Source: Candidatus Latescibacterota bacterium
GTDB lineage: Bacteria > Latescibacterota > UBA2968 > UBA8231
Assembly (NCBI GenBank): GCA_965248265.1
Contig: CBDFJF010000001.1
Coordinates: forward strand, 2,464,001-2,528,000
Reading direction: 5' to 3'
Length of the DNA: 64,000 nt
The translations under genes and the position numbers were made by a program. This document shows positions 20,832 to 30,102 of this stretch, piece by piece; the first letter of the stretch is position 1; every line of letters begins with the position of its first letter. The notes below the pieces were generated by a model. That model worked only from the letters and a program-made list of their open reading frames with translations. It was not told the DNA's origin and ran no database searches.

Positions 20832-21533
20832 ATGGATACGATCGCGGATACGATCGCGCGCAATTGGGCAGCAACGCAGGAGCGAGTCCTTCGGGCTGCT
20901 GAGGTTGCAGGGTGTGATCCGCTTGACATTGCGGTGGTCGCGGTTACCAAAACCCGCGCTGCGCCTGAGATGGAAGCCGTCATTCTCAGCGGAGCCAGCG
21001 CAGTGGGAGAGAACCGGATTCAGGAGGCCGACTCCAAGAAACCGCAAGTGCATGGGCCGGCGGCCTGGCATTTCGTCGGCCACTTGCAGTCGAATAAGGC
21101 CGCCAGAGCCGTGGCGCTTTTCGACCTTGTGCAAAGCGTCGACAGCGCCCGGTTGGCTCGGGCCTTGAGCCGCCACGCAGGCAATGCTGACCGTGTGTTG
21201 GATATCCTGGTACAGGTCAACACCTCGGAGGCACCCGGCCAATCCGGCATGAACATCGACGCGGTGATGCCGATGCTGGAGGAGACTGCTGAGCTCGAGC
21301 ATGTGCGGGTCCGTGGTTTGATGACGATTGGCGCGCATTCGCGCGATGAACAGCTGGTGCGCACGGGCTTCTCAACTCTTAGGACTGTGAGCGAGCGAAT
21401 CGGCCGCGCCGGCATTCCAAACGTGGAAATGCGCTACCTGTCCATGGGCATGAGCGGAGACTTTGAGTGGGCCATCGCCGAGGGAGCAAACATGCTGCGC
21501 CTCGGAACATGCCTTTTCGGCCCACGTTCTTGA
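20832..21533 (+). CDS. yggS: PLP homeostasis protein
   Basis: VAVTKT, GENRIQE, WHFVGHLQSNK, LSMGMSGDF, LRLGTCLFG. Confidence 0.95.
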   Translation: MDTIADTIARNWAATQERVLRAAEVAGCDPLDIAVVAVTKTRAAPEMEAVILSGASAVGENRIQEADSKKPQVHGPAAWHFVGHLQSNKAARAVALFDLVQSVDSARLARALSRHAGNADRVLDILVQVNTSEAPGQSGMNIDAVMPMLEETAELEHVRVRGLMTIGAHSRDEQLVRTGFSTLRTVSERIGRAGIPNVEMRYLSMGMSGDFEWAIAEGANMLRLGTCLFGPRS

Positions 21534-21580
21534 GTTCGACAGCAGCAGCAATCTTCACCGAGTGAGGAGACAGACGGACC

Positions 21581-21865
21581 GTGTTCGATCACAGCAATTT
21601 CCTGATGGGTGTCATCGACATATTCAGCTCGCTGGTCAGCTTGTACAAATGGGTCGTCATCGTGCGCGTGCTGATCTCCTGGATCAACCCCGATCCCTAC
21701 AACCCGATCGTGCAGTTCCTTCGGGGCGTCACCGATCCCGCTCTGGACGCCATGCGACGGTTCGTTCCCAACTTCATGTGGTCGACGGGTCTCGATTTCA
21801 CGCCCTTGCTCCTCATCATCATATTGCAGGTGGTGGTGATGGCCCTCGACAGCATCTACATATAA
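21581..21865 (+). CDS. yggT: YggT-family membrane protein
   Basis: VLISWINPDPYNPIVQFL...TDP...LDFTP; follows yggS. Confidence 0.9.
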   Translation: MFDHSNFLMGVIDIFSSLVSLYKWVVIVRVLISWINPDPYNPIVQFLRGVTDPALDAMRRFVPNFMWSTGLDFTPLLLIIILQVVVMALDSIYI

Positions 21866-21872
21866 CCGACCG

Positions 21873-24800
21873 ATGCATACGGTAACCTTCGAAGATGTGC
21901 CCACCCAGGTCGAATTTCCGGCGCTGGAGGAACAGATCCTCCAGTACTGGAACAATGGAGATCTCTACGTCCGCTCCGTAGAGGATCGGGGTGCGGAGAA
22001 ACCGTTCATTTTCTACGACGGCCCTCCTTTCGCCAGTGGCCTGCCGCATTACGGCCATCTACTGGCATCTATCATCAAAGATGTCGTGCCGCGCTATTGG
22101 ACGATGCGCGGGTATCGCGTGGAACGCCGCTTTGGTTGGGATTGTCACGGCCTGCCCGTTGAAAACGAAGCCGAGCAGCAGCTGGGCCTGAAAACCCGAA
22201 AGGACATCGTCGAGTACGGTGTTCCTCGCTTCAACGAGTACTGCCGCAGTCTGGTGCTCCGCTACACAGCGGAGTGGGAAAACCTCATCAGACGCGTCGG
22301 CCGCTGGGTCGATTGGTCCGATCAGTACCACACCATGGACGTCGAGTTCATGGAATCGGTGTGGTGGGTGTTCAAGTCGTTATGGGACAAGGGACTGATT
22401 TACGAGGGCTACAAGTCCCTGGCATACTGTCCTCGTTGTGCCACGCCGCTGTCGAACTTCGAGGTGAATCAGGGCTACCGGGAAACACAGGATCCGTCAA
22501 TCACGGTGCGTTTTCGCGTCCGTGATCGAGCTGGTGAAAACCTCTCCATCCTCGCATGGACGACGACCCCGTGGACCCTGCCAAGCAACATGGCACTGGC
22601 TGTCGGACCCGAGATCGACTACGCCCGCGTCCGTCTGCATGGCGGCGAGCAGCTGATCCTGGCCAAGGCACTGATCGAGCAGGTCTTCCGCAAATCCGAT
22701 GCAGAGATCGTCGACGTCGAGGACCAGTCAGTAGATGAGCTTCTCGAGATGCGCTATGAGCCCCTGTTCGACTACTACCAGCACCTGGCTGATGAGGGAG
22801 CCTTCAGGGTGGTGGCAGGGGATTTCGTTTCGACCTCGGACGGAACCGGTGTGGTACATGTCGCACCCGGATTCGGCGAAGACGATTACCTGCTCGGACT
22901 GCGCGAGAAGCTTCCCGTCGTCTGCCCGATCGACAAAGATTGTCGTTTCACGTCCGAGATCGAAGACTACCAAGGTGAGTTCGTCAAAGACGTGGACACA
23001 CCGATAATCCGGCGGTTGCGTGCCGATGGCTCGCTCTTCGGTGAAGGCTCGATCGAGCACTCCTACCCCTACTGCTGGCGCTGCGAATCACCGCTCATCT
23101 ACCGGACCATCTCAACCTGGTTCGTCAAGGTCGAGCAGATCAAGGATCGCATGTTGGCGGCTAACTCGCAGATCTGGTGGATTCCTGAACACATCCGGGA
23201 CGGACGCTTCGGCAAATGGCTGGAAGCTGCCCGTGACTGGTCCATCAGTCGCAACCGCTACTGGGGAACGCCGCTACCCATCTGGCGCAATGAGGAAACG
23301 GGTGAACTGCACTGCATCGGCAGCCGCGCTGAGCTCGAACAATTGTGCGGACACGAGGTGACGGATCTTCACAAGCATTTTATAGACGAAATCGAAATCC
23401 CGTCGCCGACTGGCAAAGGGACCTTGCGGCGCATACCCGAAGTGCTGGATTGCTGGTTCGAGTCGGGCTCCATGCCATATGCCCAGAGCCACTATCCTTT
23501 CGAGAACGCGGACTATTTCGATGCCAATTTCCCAGCGGATTTCATCTCTGAGGGTCTCGATCAGACGCGCGGATGGTTCTACACCCTGACCGTGCTGGCG
23601 GCTGCCTTGTTCGACAAACCCGCCTTCAAGAACTGTGTCGTCTCAGGCATGCTGCTGGCCGAAGACGGCCGCAAAATGAGCAAGCGGCTCAAGAACTACC
23701 CGGAACCGTCCGAGATGGTACATACCTACGGAGCGGATGCTCTAAGGCTGTACCTGCTGAATTCTCCTGCGATCAAAGCGGAGGAGATGCGGTTGACGGA
23801 GAGCGGCATCAAACAGTCGCTGAGAGACGTTATCATACCGTTGTGGAACGCCTACAGCTTCTTCGTCACCTACGCGAAAATCGATGGGTGGACGCCGCAG
23901 GATGTCGAATCGACGCATCGACTCGATCGCTGGATCTTGTCGGAATTGCAGACCCTCGTCCATGTCATCAACACAGAGATGGAGGCCTACAGGTTGTATC
24001 GCACAGTGCCGGCGATGGTATTGTTCGTGGAGAAGCTGACGAATTGGTACATCCGCCGAAGTCGTCGACGTTTCTGGAAATCTGAGGATGACGACGACAA
24101 GAACTCAGCCTACTCGACCCTGTACCGCGTGCTCGTCACCTTCGCCAAGAGCCTGGCCCCGGTGCTGCCGTTCGTCACCGAGGCCATCTACCAGAATCTG
24201 GTTCGCCGATGGGACGCCGAGGCCCCTCAGAGTGTGCATCTGTGCGACATGCCCCAAGCCGACGAGTCGCGACGCGACGCCGGTCTGGAAGGCCAGATGC
24301 AACTGGCGACACGCGCGGTGACGCTGGGGCGTTCGTTGCGCAACAAGCACAAGCTGAAGATCCGTCAACCCCTGAGCCGCCTGTTCCTTCTCCCACCTGA
24401 CAAGAACAGGCTCGGAGAGCTGGAACAGGTAGCCGACTTGATCATGGACGAATTGAACGTCAAGGAAATCGTCATGGTCGAAGATGACACCCAGCTGAGC
24501 GAGGTTTCCTACAAGCCCAACTTCCGCGTGCTTGGACCCCGTTTCGGCAAGCGCATGGGAGAGGTGAACGCCTACCTGCAAAACCTTACTGCCGACGAGG
24601 TCGCACGATTGAATGCGGGTGAGGCACTGGCCGTGGCAGGAGGCGAAATCACCCTTGACGATGTGGAAATTCAACGGCGCGAACGCGACGATGTGTTGGT
24701 CGCCGTCGAGGGTAATCTCGGAGTCGGCCTGGACATACACCTCTCAGAAGAGCTTCTGCTGGAAGGCAGTGCGCGAGAAGTTGTGAACAGGATTCAGAGT

Positions 24801-25022
24801 ATGCGTAAGGAAGCCGAGCTGGCAGTGACCGACAGGATTCGCCTGTGGGTACAGGGTGACGCTGGCGTGACAACGGCGGTCGAGGAGCACCGGGAATACG
24901 TGTGCGCGGAAACCCTGGCGGTGGATCTGGTAACGGACGATCTTCCCGCCCAAGCCCTGTCGCAACAAACATGGGACATCAATGGTCACGAAGCGGTGAT
25001 CGCTTTACAGAAAGCCACTTAA
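21873..25022 (+). CDS. ileS: Isoleucyl-tRNA synthetase (IleRS2 type)
   Basis: YDGPPFASGLPHYGH, WTTTPWTLPSN, GLDQTRGWFY, KMSKR, IleRS2-type C-terminus. Confidence 0.98.
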   Translation: MHTVTFEDVPTQVEFPALEEQILQYWNNGDLYVRSVEDRGAEKPFIFYDGPPFASGLPHYGHLLASIIKDVVPRYWTMRGYRVERRFGWDCHGLPVENEAEQQLGLKTRKDIVEYGVPRFNEYCRSLVLRYTAEWENLIRRVGRWVDWSDQYHTMDVEFMESVWWVFKSLWDKGLIYEGYKSLAYCPRCATPLSNFEVNQGYRETQDPSITVRFRVRDRAGENLSILAWTTTPWTLPSNMALAVGPEIDYARVRLHGGEQLILAKALIEQVFRKSDAEIVDVEDQSVDELLEMRYEPLFDYYQHLADEGAFRVVAGDFVSTSDGTGVVHVAPGFGEDDYLLGLREKLPVVCPIDKDCRFTSEIEDYQGEFVKDVDTPIIRRLRADGSLFGEGSIEHSYPYCWRCESPLIYRTISTWFVKVEQIKDRMLAANSQIWWIPEHIRDGRFGKWLEAARDWSISRNRYWGTPLPIWRNEETGELHCIGSRAELEQLCGHEVTDLHKHFIDEIEIPSPTGKGTLRRIPEVLDCWFESGSMPYAQSHYPFENADYFDANFPADFISEGLDQTRGWFYTLTVLAAALFDKPAFKNCVVSGMLLAEDGRKMSKRLKNYPEPSEMVHTYGADALRLYLLNSPAIKAEEMRLTESGIKQSLRDVIIPLWNAYSFFVTYAKIDGWTPQDVESTHRLDRWILSELQTLVHVINTEMEAYRLYRTVPAMVLFVEKLTNWYIRRSRRRFWKSEDDDDKNSAYSTLYRVLVTFAKSLAPVLPFVTEAIYQNLVRRWDAEAPQSVHLCDMPQADESRRDAGLEGQMQLATRAVTLGRSLRNKHKLKIRQPLSRLFLLPPDKNRLGELEQVADLIMDELNVKEIVMVEDDTQLSEVSYKPNFRVLGPRFGKRMGEVNAYLQNLTADEVARLNAGEALAVAGGEITLDDVEIQRRERDDVLVAVEGNLGVGLDIHLSEELLLEGSAREVVNRIQSMRKEAELAVTDRIRLWVQGDAGVTTAVEEHREYVCAETLAVDLVTDDLPAQALSQQTWDINGHEAVIALQKAT

Positions 25023-25023
25023 G

Positions 25024-25410
25024 ATGACAGAAGAAGACCTGACTTTTTTCAAGAACCTCTTGATCGAGAAGAAAGCACAGGCCAATGCCGACTTGGAGGA
25101 CCTCGAGCGCCAATCGCGCCCCGACGATGCCCAGGAATCGTCTGACGATCGCTCCGCCTATTCCCTGCACATGGCAGATCGCGGCACCGACGCGATGGAG
25201 CGCGAAAAGACGATGCTGTTTGCCCAGCGGGAAGGGGCCTACCTGGACTACCTGGATGAGGCGCTGGTGCGGGTAGAGGACGGCACCTACGGCTCCTGCC
25301 GCGTCTGCAACGGAGAGATCGGACGCGCGCGACTGGAAGCGGTTCCGACGGCGACGCAGTGTATCGACTGCAAAAGCAAGGCCGACCAAGAGGCTGCATC
25401 TGGTGAGTGA
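25024..25410 (+). CDS. DksA/TraR-family zinc-finger protein
   Basis: HMADRGTD, GTYGSCRVC...RLEAVP...CIDC. Confidence 0.92.
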   Translation: MTEEDLTFFKNLLIEKKAQANADLEDLERQSRPDDAQESSDDRSAYSLHMADRGTDAMEREKTMLFAQREGAYLDYLDEALVRVEDGTYGSCRVCNGEIGRARLEAVPTATQCIDCKSKADQEAASGE

Positions 25411-25990
25411 TCGGACGGCTCCCGATCCGACCGATCACTTTGGTGGCGATCGCACTGATCGTTTAGGACGGGGCTTGCTTTCTTCTCACCCCCGAGTCCT
25501 CTGGATCGTCCCCGCCATTCTGCTGCTGGACCAGGCATCGAAATACCTCGTCCGCCAGCTCCTGGCCCCGCATCGTCCGTGGCCAGCCGATGCCGAGTAC
25601 TTCCGGCTGACGTATATCCACAATCCCGGGGCGGCTTTCGGTCTCGATCTCGGCAATCTGCACCTTCACACGGTCATATCCGTTGTCGCCCTCGGGTTGC
25701 TGGTTTGGCTGTTCCGGTCGCTGCCCGCCGACGCCCGCCTGGCGCAGCTGGCTCTGGTGATGGTGCTTGGTGGGGCGCTCGGGAACATCGTCGATCGCCT
25801 GATTCACGATGCCGGTGTCGTCGACTTCTTTGATGTTGGGGTGAGCGAGCGCTGGCGCTGGCCGATTTTCAACGTTGCCGATTCGTTCGTAACGATCGGC
25901 ATCGCACTGCTGGCGTTGGGTTATCACCGGCATCAACCTCCGGCACAGGCTTCTCCCGTCGAGAGCGTGGATCATGCGGAGAGCCATTGA
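25403..25990 (+). CDS. lspA: Signal peptidase II
   Basis: DQASK, NPGAAFG, GGALGNIVDR, VVDF, WPIFNVAD. Confidence 0.95.
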   Translation: MSDRTAPDPTDHFGGDRTDRLGRGLLSSHPRVLWIVPAILLLDQASKYLVRQLLAPHRPWPADAEYFRLTYIHNPGAAFGLDLGNLHLHTVISVVALGLLVWLFRSLPADARLAQLALVMVLGGALGNIVDRLIHDAGVVDFFDVGVSERWRWPIFNVADSFVTIGIALLALGYHRHQPPAQASPVESVDHAESH

Positions 25991-26956
25991 TTGACCCAGT
26001 GCGTGCAGATCCGGGTCGCTGAAGACGACGAGGCACAGCGACTGGATCGGTTCCTCGTTAGCCAGTGCCCACAGTTTTCCCGCAGCCGCATTCAATCCCT
26101 GATCGATGAACAGGCCATCAGCGTCAACGGCGCTCCGACTCGGGCCAGCTACCGGGTCCGGGGTGGCGATGACGTCTGCCTTGAACTGCCTCCTGCGGTG
26201 CCACCGATCGCCGTCAAGGCGGAGGACATCCCCCTCGACATTCGCTTCGAAGACCCTCACCTGATCGTCGTCAACAAAGCAGCCGGCATGGTCGTGCATC
26301 CCGCGCCCGGCTCATGGGACGGAACGCTCGTCAACGCCCTGCTCCACCACTGCACTGACCTGTCCGGAATCAACGGCGTGCTCCGCCCCGGAATCGTCCA
26401 CCGCCTGGACCGAGACACGACAGGGTTGCTGATTGTAGCCAAGAGCGACGAAAGTCACCGCAGCCTGGCCGCGCAGCTCGAGGAGCGCAGCCTGCAGCGC
26501 TGTTACACCGCTGTGGCCTGGGGTCATACCGAAGACGGCGGCAGCATCGACCAACCGATCGCTCGACATCCGCGCGAGCGCAAGAAAATGGCCGTGGTCC
26601 CCGGCGGTCGTGCAGCCGTGACGACCTACACGCGAGTGGAGGAACACGCCTTCGCCTCCTTGTTGGACGTACGCCTGCAGACCGGGCGCACCCATCAGAT
26701 CCGTGTGCACCTCCAGCATATCGGTCACCCTGTGTTCGGGGATCCTGTCTACGGTGGACGCGATGGGCATGTTCGCGGCATCATCCCGGAGCACCGGCCC
26801 CAGGCTCGTGCGTTGTTGAAACTACTCGACCGCCAAGCACTTCATGCGCGTTCGCTGACCTTCCGTCATCCGGTGTCAGCCGAGACCGTTTGCGTGGAAG
26901 CACCCTTACCGGCCGACATGGAGTCCGTTGTGGACGGGATCAGAGCACATTCCTAG
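25991..26956 (+). CDS. rluD: RluA/RluD-family 23S rRNA pseudouridine synthase
   Basis: S4 domain (RLDRFL), VNKAAGMVVHP, RPGIVHRLDRDTTG, TGRTHQIRVH. Confidence 0.92.
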   Translation: MTQCVQIRVAEDDEAQRLDRFLVSQCPQFSRSRIQSLIDEQAISVNGAPTRASYRVRGGDDVCLELPPAVPPIAVKAEDIPLDIRFEDPHLIVVNKAAGMVVHPAPGSWDGTLVNALLHHCTDLSGINGVLRPGIVHRLDRDTTGLLIVAKSDESHRSLAAQLEERSLQRCYTAVAWGHTEDGGSIDQPIARHPRERKKMAVVPGGRAAVTTYTRVEEHAFASLLDVRLQTGRTHQIRVHLQHIGHPVFGDPVYGGRDGHVRGIIPEHRPQARALLKLLDRQALHARSLTFRHPVSAETVCVEAPLPADMESVVDGIRAHS

Positions 26957-27117
26957 GAGCCCGTTGTGAAACCTGCTTTAGAGCTGAGGTCGAGCAATTT
27001 CGGCCGATATCAAGGCGTGCGATCGAGTCGCATCAGTTACGATGCGACGAGTGAGCACAACGCCGAGATCGGACGAAAGGGCCGGCCTCAGGCCGAATGG
27101 GGGTTTTCAACGGGCTC
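26957..27117. mobile_element. MITE-like miniature inverted-repeat element (161 bp)
   Basis: Terminal inverted repeats GAGCCCGTTG / CAACGGGCTC, flanks CTAG and ATAG, nested internal inverted repeats, no ORF. Confidence 0.6.
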
Positions 27118-27325
27118 ATAGGGGTCCATCACGTCAGACATTCCTTGCCACCTCGTGCGAGCGCAGGTAGCTTTGATGATGCGTTGGCCGGCAACCTGGC
27201 TGACCTCCTCCTCCATCGACCATCCCCGTCAAACCCACCGACTCGATTTCCGTGATACTACACCGTTGGTACAGCAGTACCGGCGGGAGCATCCGGCCTC
27301 GTCTTGGCCTGGATGGCGTACCCGC

Positions 27326-27889
27326 ATGGCACCGGTAACGGGGCAAAGGGTGCCTACGCACCCTTCATACTCAATGCTGCTGTTGGCGATTGCGATTACC
27401 GGTTGCGGCAGCATCACACCGGCCCCGCGCTTCACTCCACACGAAAAGCGCGGCGCTCAGGAGGTGGTCCAGGAGCTGGGCTCCCGTCGGCAGGCCTTCC
27501 TGAGTGCGGATTCCAAACGCTTAATGCGCGTCGTAGACGGCTACCTGGGCGTGCCCTACCAGTGGGGTGGCACCTCCAGAAAGGGCATGGACTGCTCGGC
27601 CATGACCCGGGCCATCGTGCGTGAGACCTACGGACTCGAACTCCCGCGCACGTCGGGCCAGATGTACAGACTCGGAACCCCGGTCCGCCGCGGCAACGGC
27701 CTGCGCCCGGGTGATCTCGTGTTCTTCCGCATCGACACCTCGGGTCCGGGCGTTTCACACGTGGGCGTCTACGTGGGAGACGGACGTTTTGCCCATGCCA
27801 GTTCCAGTAGGGGCGGAGTCATCGACGAACTCACCCAACCCTACTTCCAGACGCGATACGTCGGAGGACGCAGAATACTGCCGCAATGA
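27326..27889 (+). CDS. NlpC/P60 (C40) cell-wall peptidase, probable lipoprotein
   Basis: YLGVPYQWGG, GMDCS, LPRTS, PGDLVFF, HVGVY, FAHASS; lipobox AITGC. Start uncertain. Confidence 0.9.
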   Translation: MAPVTGQRVPTHPSYSMLLLAIAITGCGSITPAPRFTPHEKRGAQEVVQELGSRRQAFLSADSKRLMRVVDGYLGVPYQWGGTSRKGMDCSAMTRAIVRETYGLELPRTSGQMYRLGTPVRRGNGLRPGDLVFFRIDTSGPGVSHVGVYVGDGRFAHASSSRGGVIDELTQPYFQTRYVGGRRILPQ

Positions 27890-29244
27890 GGGGACCGAGG
27901 ATCGAGCCGGTGGTCTCAAGCCGAGCCATGTTGCCCGTCTGCGGCGTGATAATGGAGGCCTGTTTCATCGGCATCGCCCTCGCCGGTGACCTGAGACCTC
28001 AGATCCACCTGCTGTGGGGGCTGGCCTTTCCGGCCTTTGCCTGCTATGCCCTGGCCTGCTGGCGCGCTCTGCGAACCGCTAAAAAGTCAACCCTTCCCCA
28101 GATCATCGGGTTCGCCATCCTCTTTCGGCTGACGCTGTTGTCGGCCACTCCCAGCTTGTCCGATGACATCTACCGTTACATCTGGGACGGGCGCGTACAA
28201 CTGGCAGGCATCAATCCCTATCAACACGCGCCGGAATCTCCTGCCCTGGAAGCGTTGCGTGATGACGTGTACTACCCGGCCATCAATCACAAGCAGATCC
28301 GCACCATCTACCCTCCCGTTGCACAGCTGTTTTTCGCCGCTGTATGCCTGATCGATACCAGTCTTGTGATGATGAAGGTCTGCCTGGTCCTGTGTGAAGT
28401 CGCCATGCTGTTGGTGCTACTGAAGATGCTGAGGCTGCGAGGATTGTCGCACGAGCGCCTGCTGCTCTACGCCTGGAACCCCCTCGCCGTTGTTGAAGTC
28501 GCCGGCAGCGGCCACATGGACGCGCTGGCGATCACCTTGCTGATGTTGGCGACTTGCTTCTTGCTGCTGGGAAGAAAGGTGTCCAGCGTGGTGGCCCTGG
28601 GAGCCGCGGTATTGAGCAAGCTGGTGCCGCTGCTCGCCGTGCCCGTGTTCTGGCGGCACATGGCCTCCGGCACCGGCACCCTGTGTTCGACATGGCTGGT
28701 GCCCAAGGGACGTGTCGCCATGCTCGGGCTTCCGTTGATGCTGATAGGCGGCTACGCCATCTACGCGGGAGCAGGCGCCAGCCACATCTTCGACAGCTTG
28801 ACGGTCTACTTGACGAAGTGGCGCTTCAACGACGGCATCTACACAATCTTGTACGAACTGCTGAGACAGCCTGAGCTGGCCTGGGATGATGTTGCCCTCG
28901 AACGTGCCCGTGTGGTGTGTTCGCTGGCCTTAGTCGCCATCGCCATCATTACGCTCATCCGCGTCCAGGATCCTCTCAAGATCGTCTTCATATTGATGGC
29001 CGCGCATCTGTTGCTGTCGCCGACCGTGCACCCATGGTACCTGCTATGGGTCCTGCCCTTTTTACCCTTTTTCCCCAGCATGGCCTGGATCTATCTCAGT
29101 GGCGCGTCGCTGCTGTCTTACAATGTCCTCGACGGATTCCACACAACTGGAGTGTGGCAGGAGGAGGCCTGGGTCAAGTGGGTGGAGTACCTTCCGTTCG
29201 TCATCCTGACGGCAGTCTCAAGGGTGCGCGAGCGAGCCCGCTAG
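27886..29244 (+). CDS. GT-C membrane glycosyltransferase (GT87/mannosyltransferase-like)
   Basis: LSDDIYRYIWDGRVQ, TIYPP, YAWNPL, GHMD, VHPWY; many TM helices. Confidence 0.8.
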   Translation: MRGPRIEPVVSSRAMLPVCGVIMEACFIGIALAGDLRPQIHLLWGLAFPAFACYALACWRALRTAKKSTLPQIIGFAILFRLTLLSATPSLSDDIYRYIWDGRVQLAGINPYQHAPESPALEALRDDVYYPAINHKQIRTIYPPVAQLFFAAVCLIDTSLVMMKVCLVLCEVAMLLVLLKMLRLRGLSHERLLLYAWNPLAVVEVAGSGHMDALAITLLMLATCFLLLGRKVSSVVALGAAVLSKLVPLLAVPVFWRHMASGTGTLCSTWLVPKGRVAMLGLPLMLIGGYAIYAGAGASHIFDSLTVYLTKWRFNDGIYTILYELLRQPELAWDDVALERARVVCSLALVAIAIITLIRVQDPLKIVFILMAAHLLLSPTVHPWYLLWVLPFLPFFPSMAWIYLSGASLLSYNVLDGFHTTGVWQEEAWVKWVEYLPFVILTAVSRVRERAR

Positions 29245-29368
29245 ACCGGTCCCGTCTTTTTTGGATGGAAGCCCACCACGCCTATATTCTAGTTCCGGTG
29301 CGCTGCTCCGAGCGACAATCGCAGAAGTGGCATTCACCCAGCAACTGATTAGCAGATCCTTGAAGTCC

Positions 29369-30061
29369 ATGTGGCGGAAATTTATGGTCCGTTGGCAGCC
29401 AAGATTAGCCCTTCTTATGGTCATTCTATGTATCAGCGGGATATTCTCCTGTATGGAGATGGTACGCCGTGCGGAGCCCAGCAGCGGCAAGCCGGATCCC
29501 TGGTGGGGACAGGGGAACCCATCAGAGCCCGAGAGTGTCAGCAATGAGGAGACGACCTCGAGTGCGGCGGAACCCGCTGTGGCGGTTGAGGGCGGCCCGT
29601 CGATGGAGCTCCCGGTTGAGGTACATCACGTGGCTACGGTGGGCCCGTCCGGCCAATCGCTGGCACAAGCCCACGCCAAACGCGGCCAATCCCGGGAAAA
29701 GAGCACCAGACAGATTAACGAATACGCCTATTGGTGCATCGAAAACAACATGTGGGACGAAGCCCGACTTCATCTGGAGAAGGCAGTGGGGCAGGACAGC
29801 CTGTCGGCCAGCTTATTCAACAACCTCGGTGTGATCTACGAACGGCTGGGCGAGACGGACCAGGCGGACTCCGCCTATGCCCGCGCAACAGCGCTGGTGC
29901 CCCAGGCTCAAGCCTATGCAGCGAATCTGAGACGGTTGCGGGAGCGAGCTGAAGCTGCGGTCCGGGCGTTCGCGGATTCAGCAGCGGTGGAGGAAGCATC
30001 GACGGACGCTGATGTTGGCGGATCGGCCACAGATCTCGCGGCACAGGACGATAGCGAATGA
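29369..30061 (+). CDS. TPR-containing probable lipoprotein
   Basis: Hydrophobic N-terminus ending GIFSC; TPR-like WDEARLHLEKA...LFNNLGVIYERLG...A..AYARA. Confidence 0.75.
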   Translation: MWRKFMVRWQPRLALLMVILCISGIFSCMEMVRRAEPSSGKPDPWWGQGNPSEPESVSNEETTSSAAEPAVAVEGGPSMELPVEVHHVATVGPSGQSLAQAHAKRGQSREKSTRQINEYAYWCIENNMWDEARLHLEKAVGQDSLSASLFNNLGVIYERLGETDQADSAYARATALVPQAQAYAANLRRLRERAEAAVRAFADSAAVEEASTDADVGGSATDLAAQDDSE

Positions 30062-30102
30062 GGGCAACCAACCAAACGCAGCCTGTAGGGGGGAGTTTTC
30101 CG

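Noticed and set aside
20835-20858. 12-bp in-frame duplications in yggS (DTIADTIA) and hemH (59165-59188, VYDAVYDA)
   Set aside because: Short, frame-preserving and with no evident functional consequence.
21873-25022. IleRS2 as an acquired mupirocin-resistance gene
   Set aside because: It sits in a housekeeping yggS-yggT-ileS-dksA-lspA-rluD context with no mobility signs; IleRS2 is the native form in many phyla.
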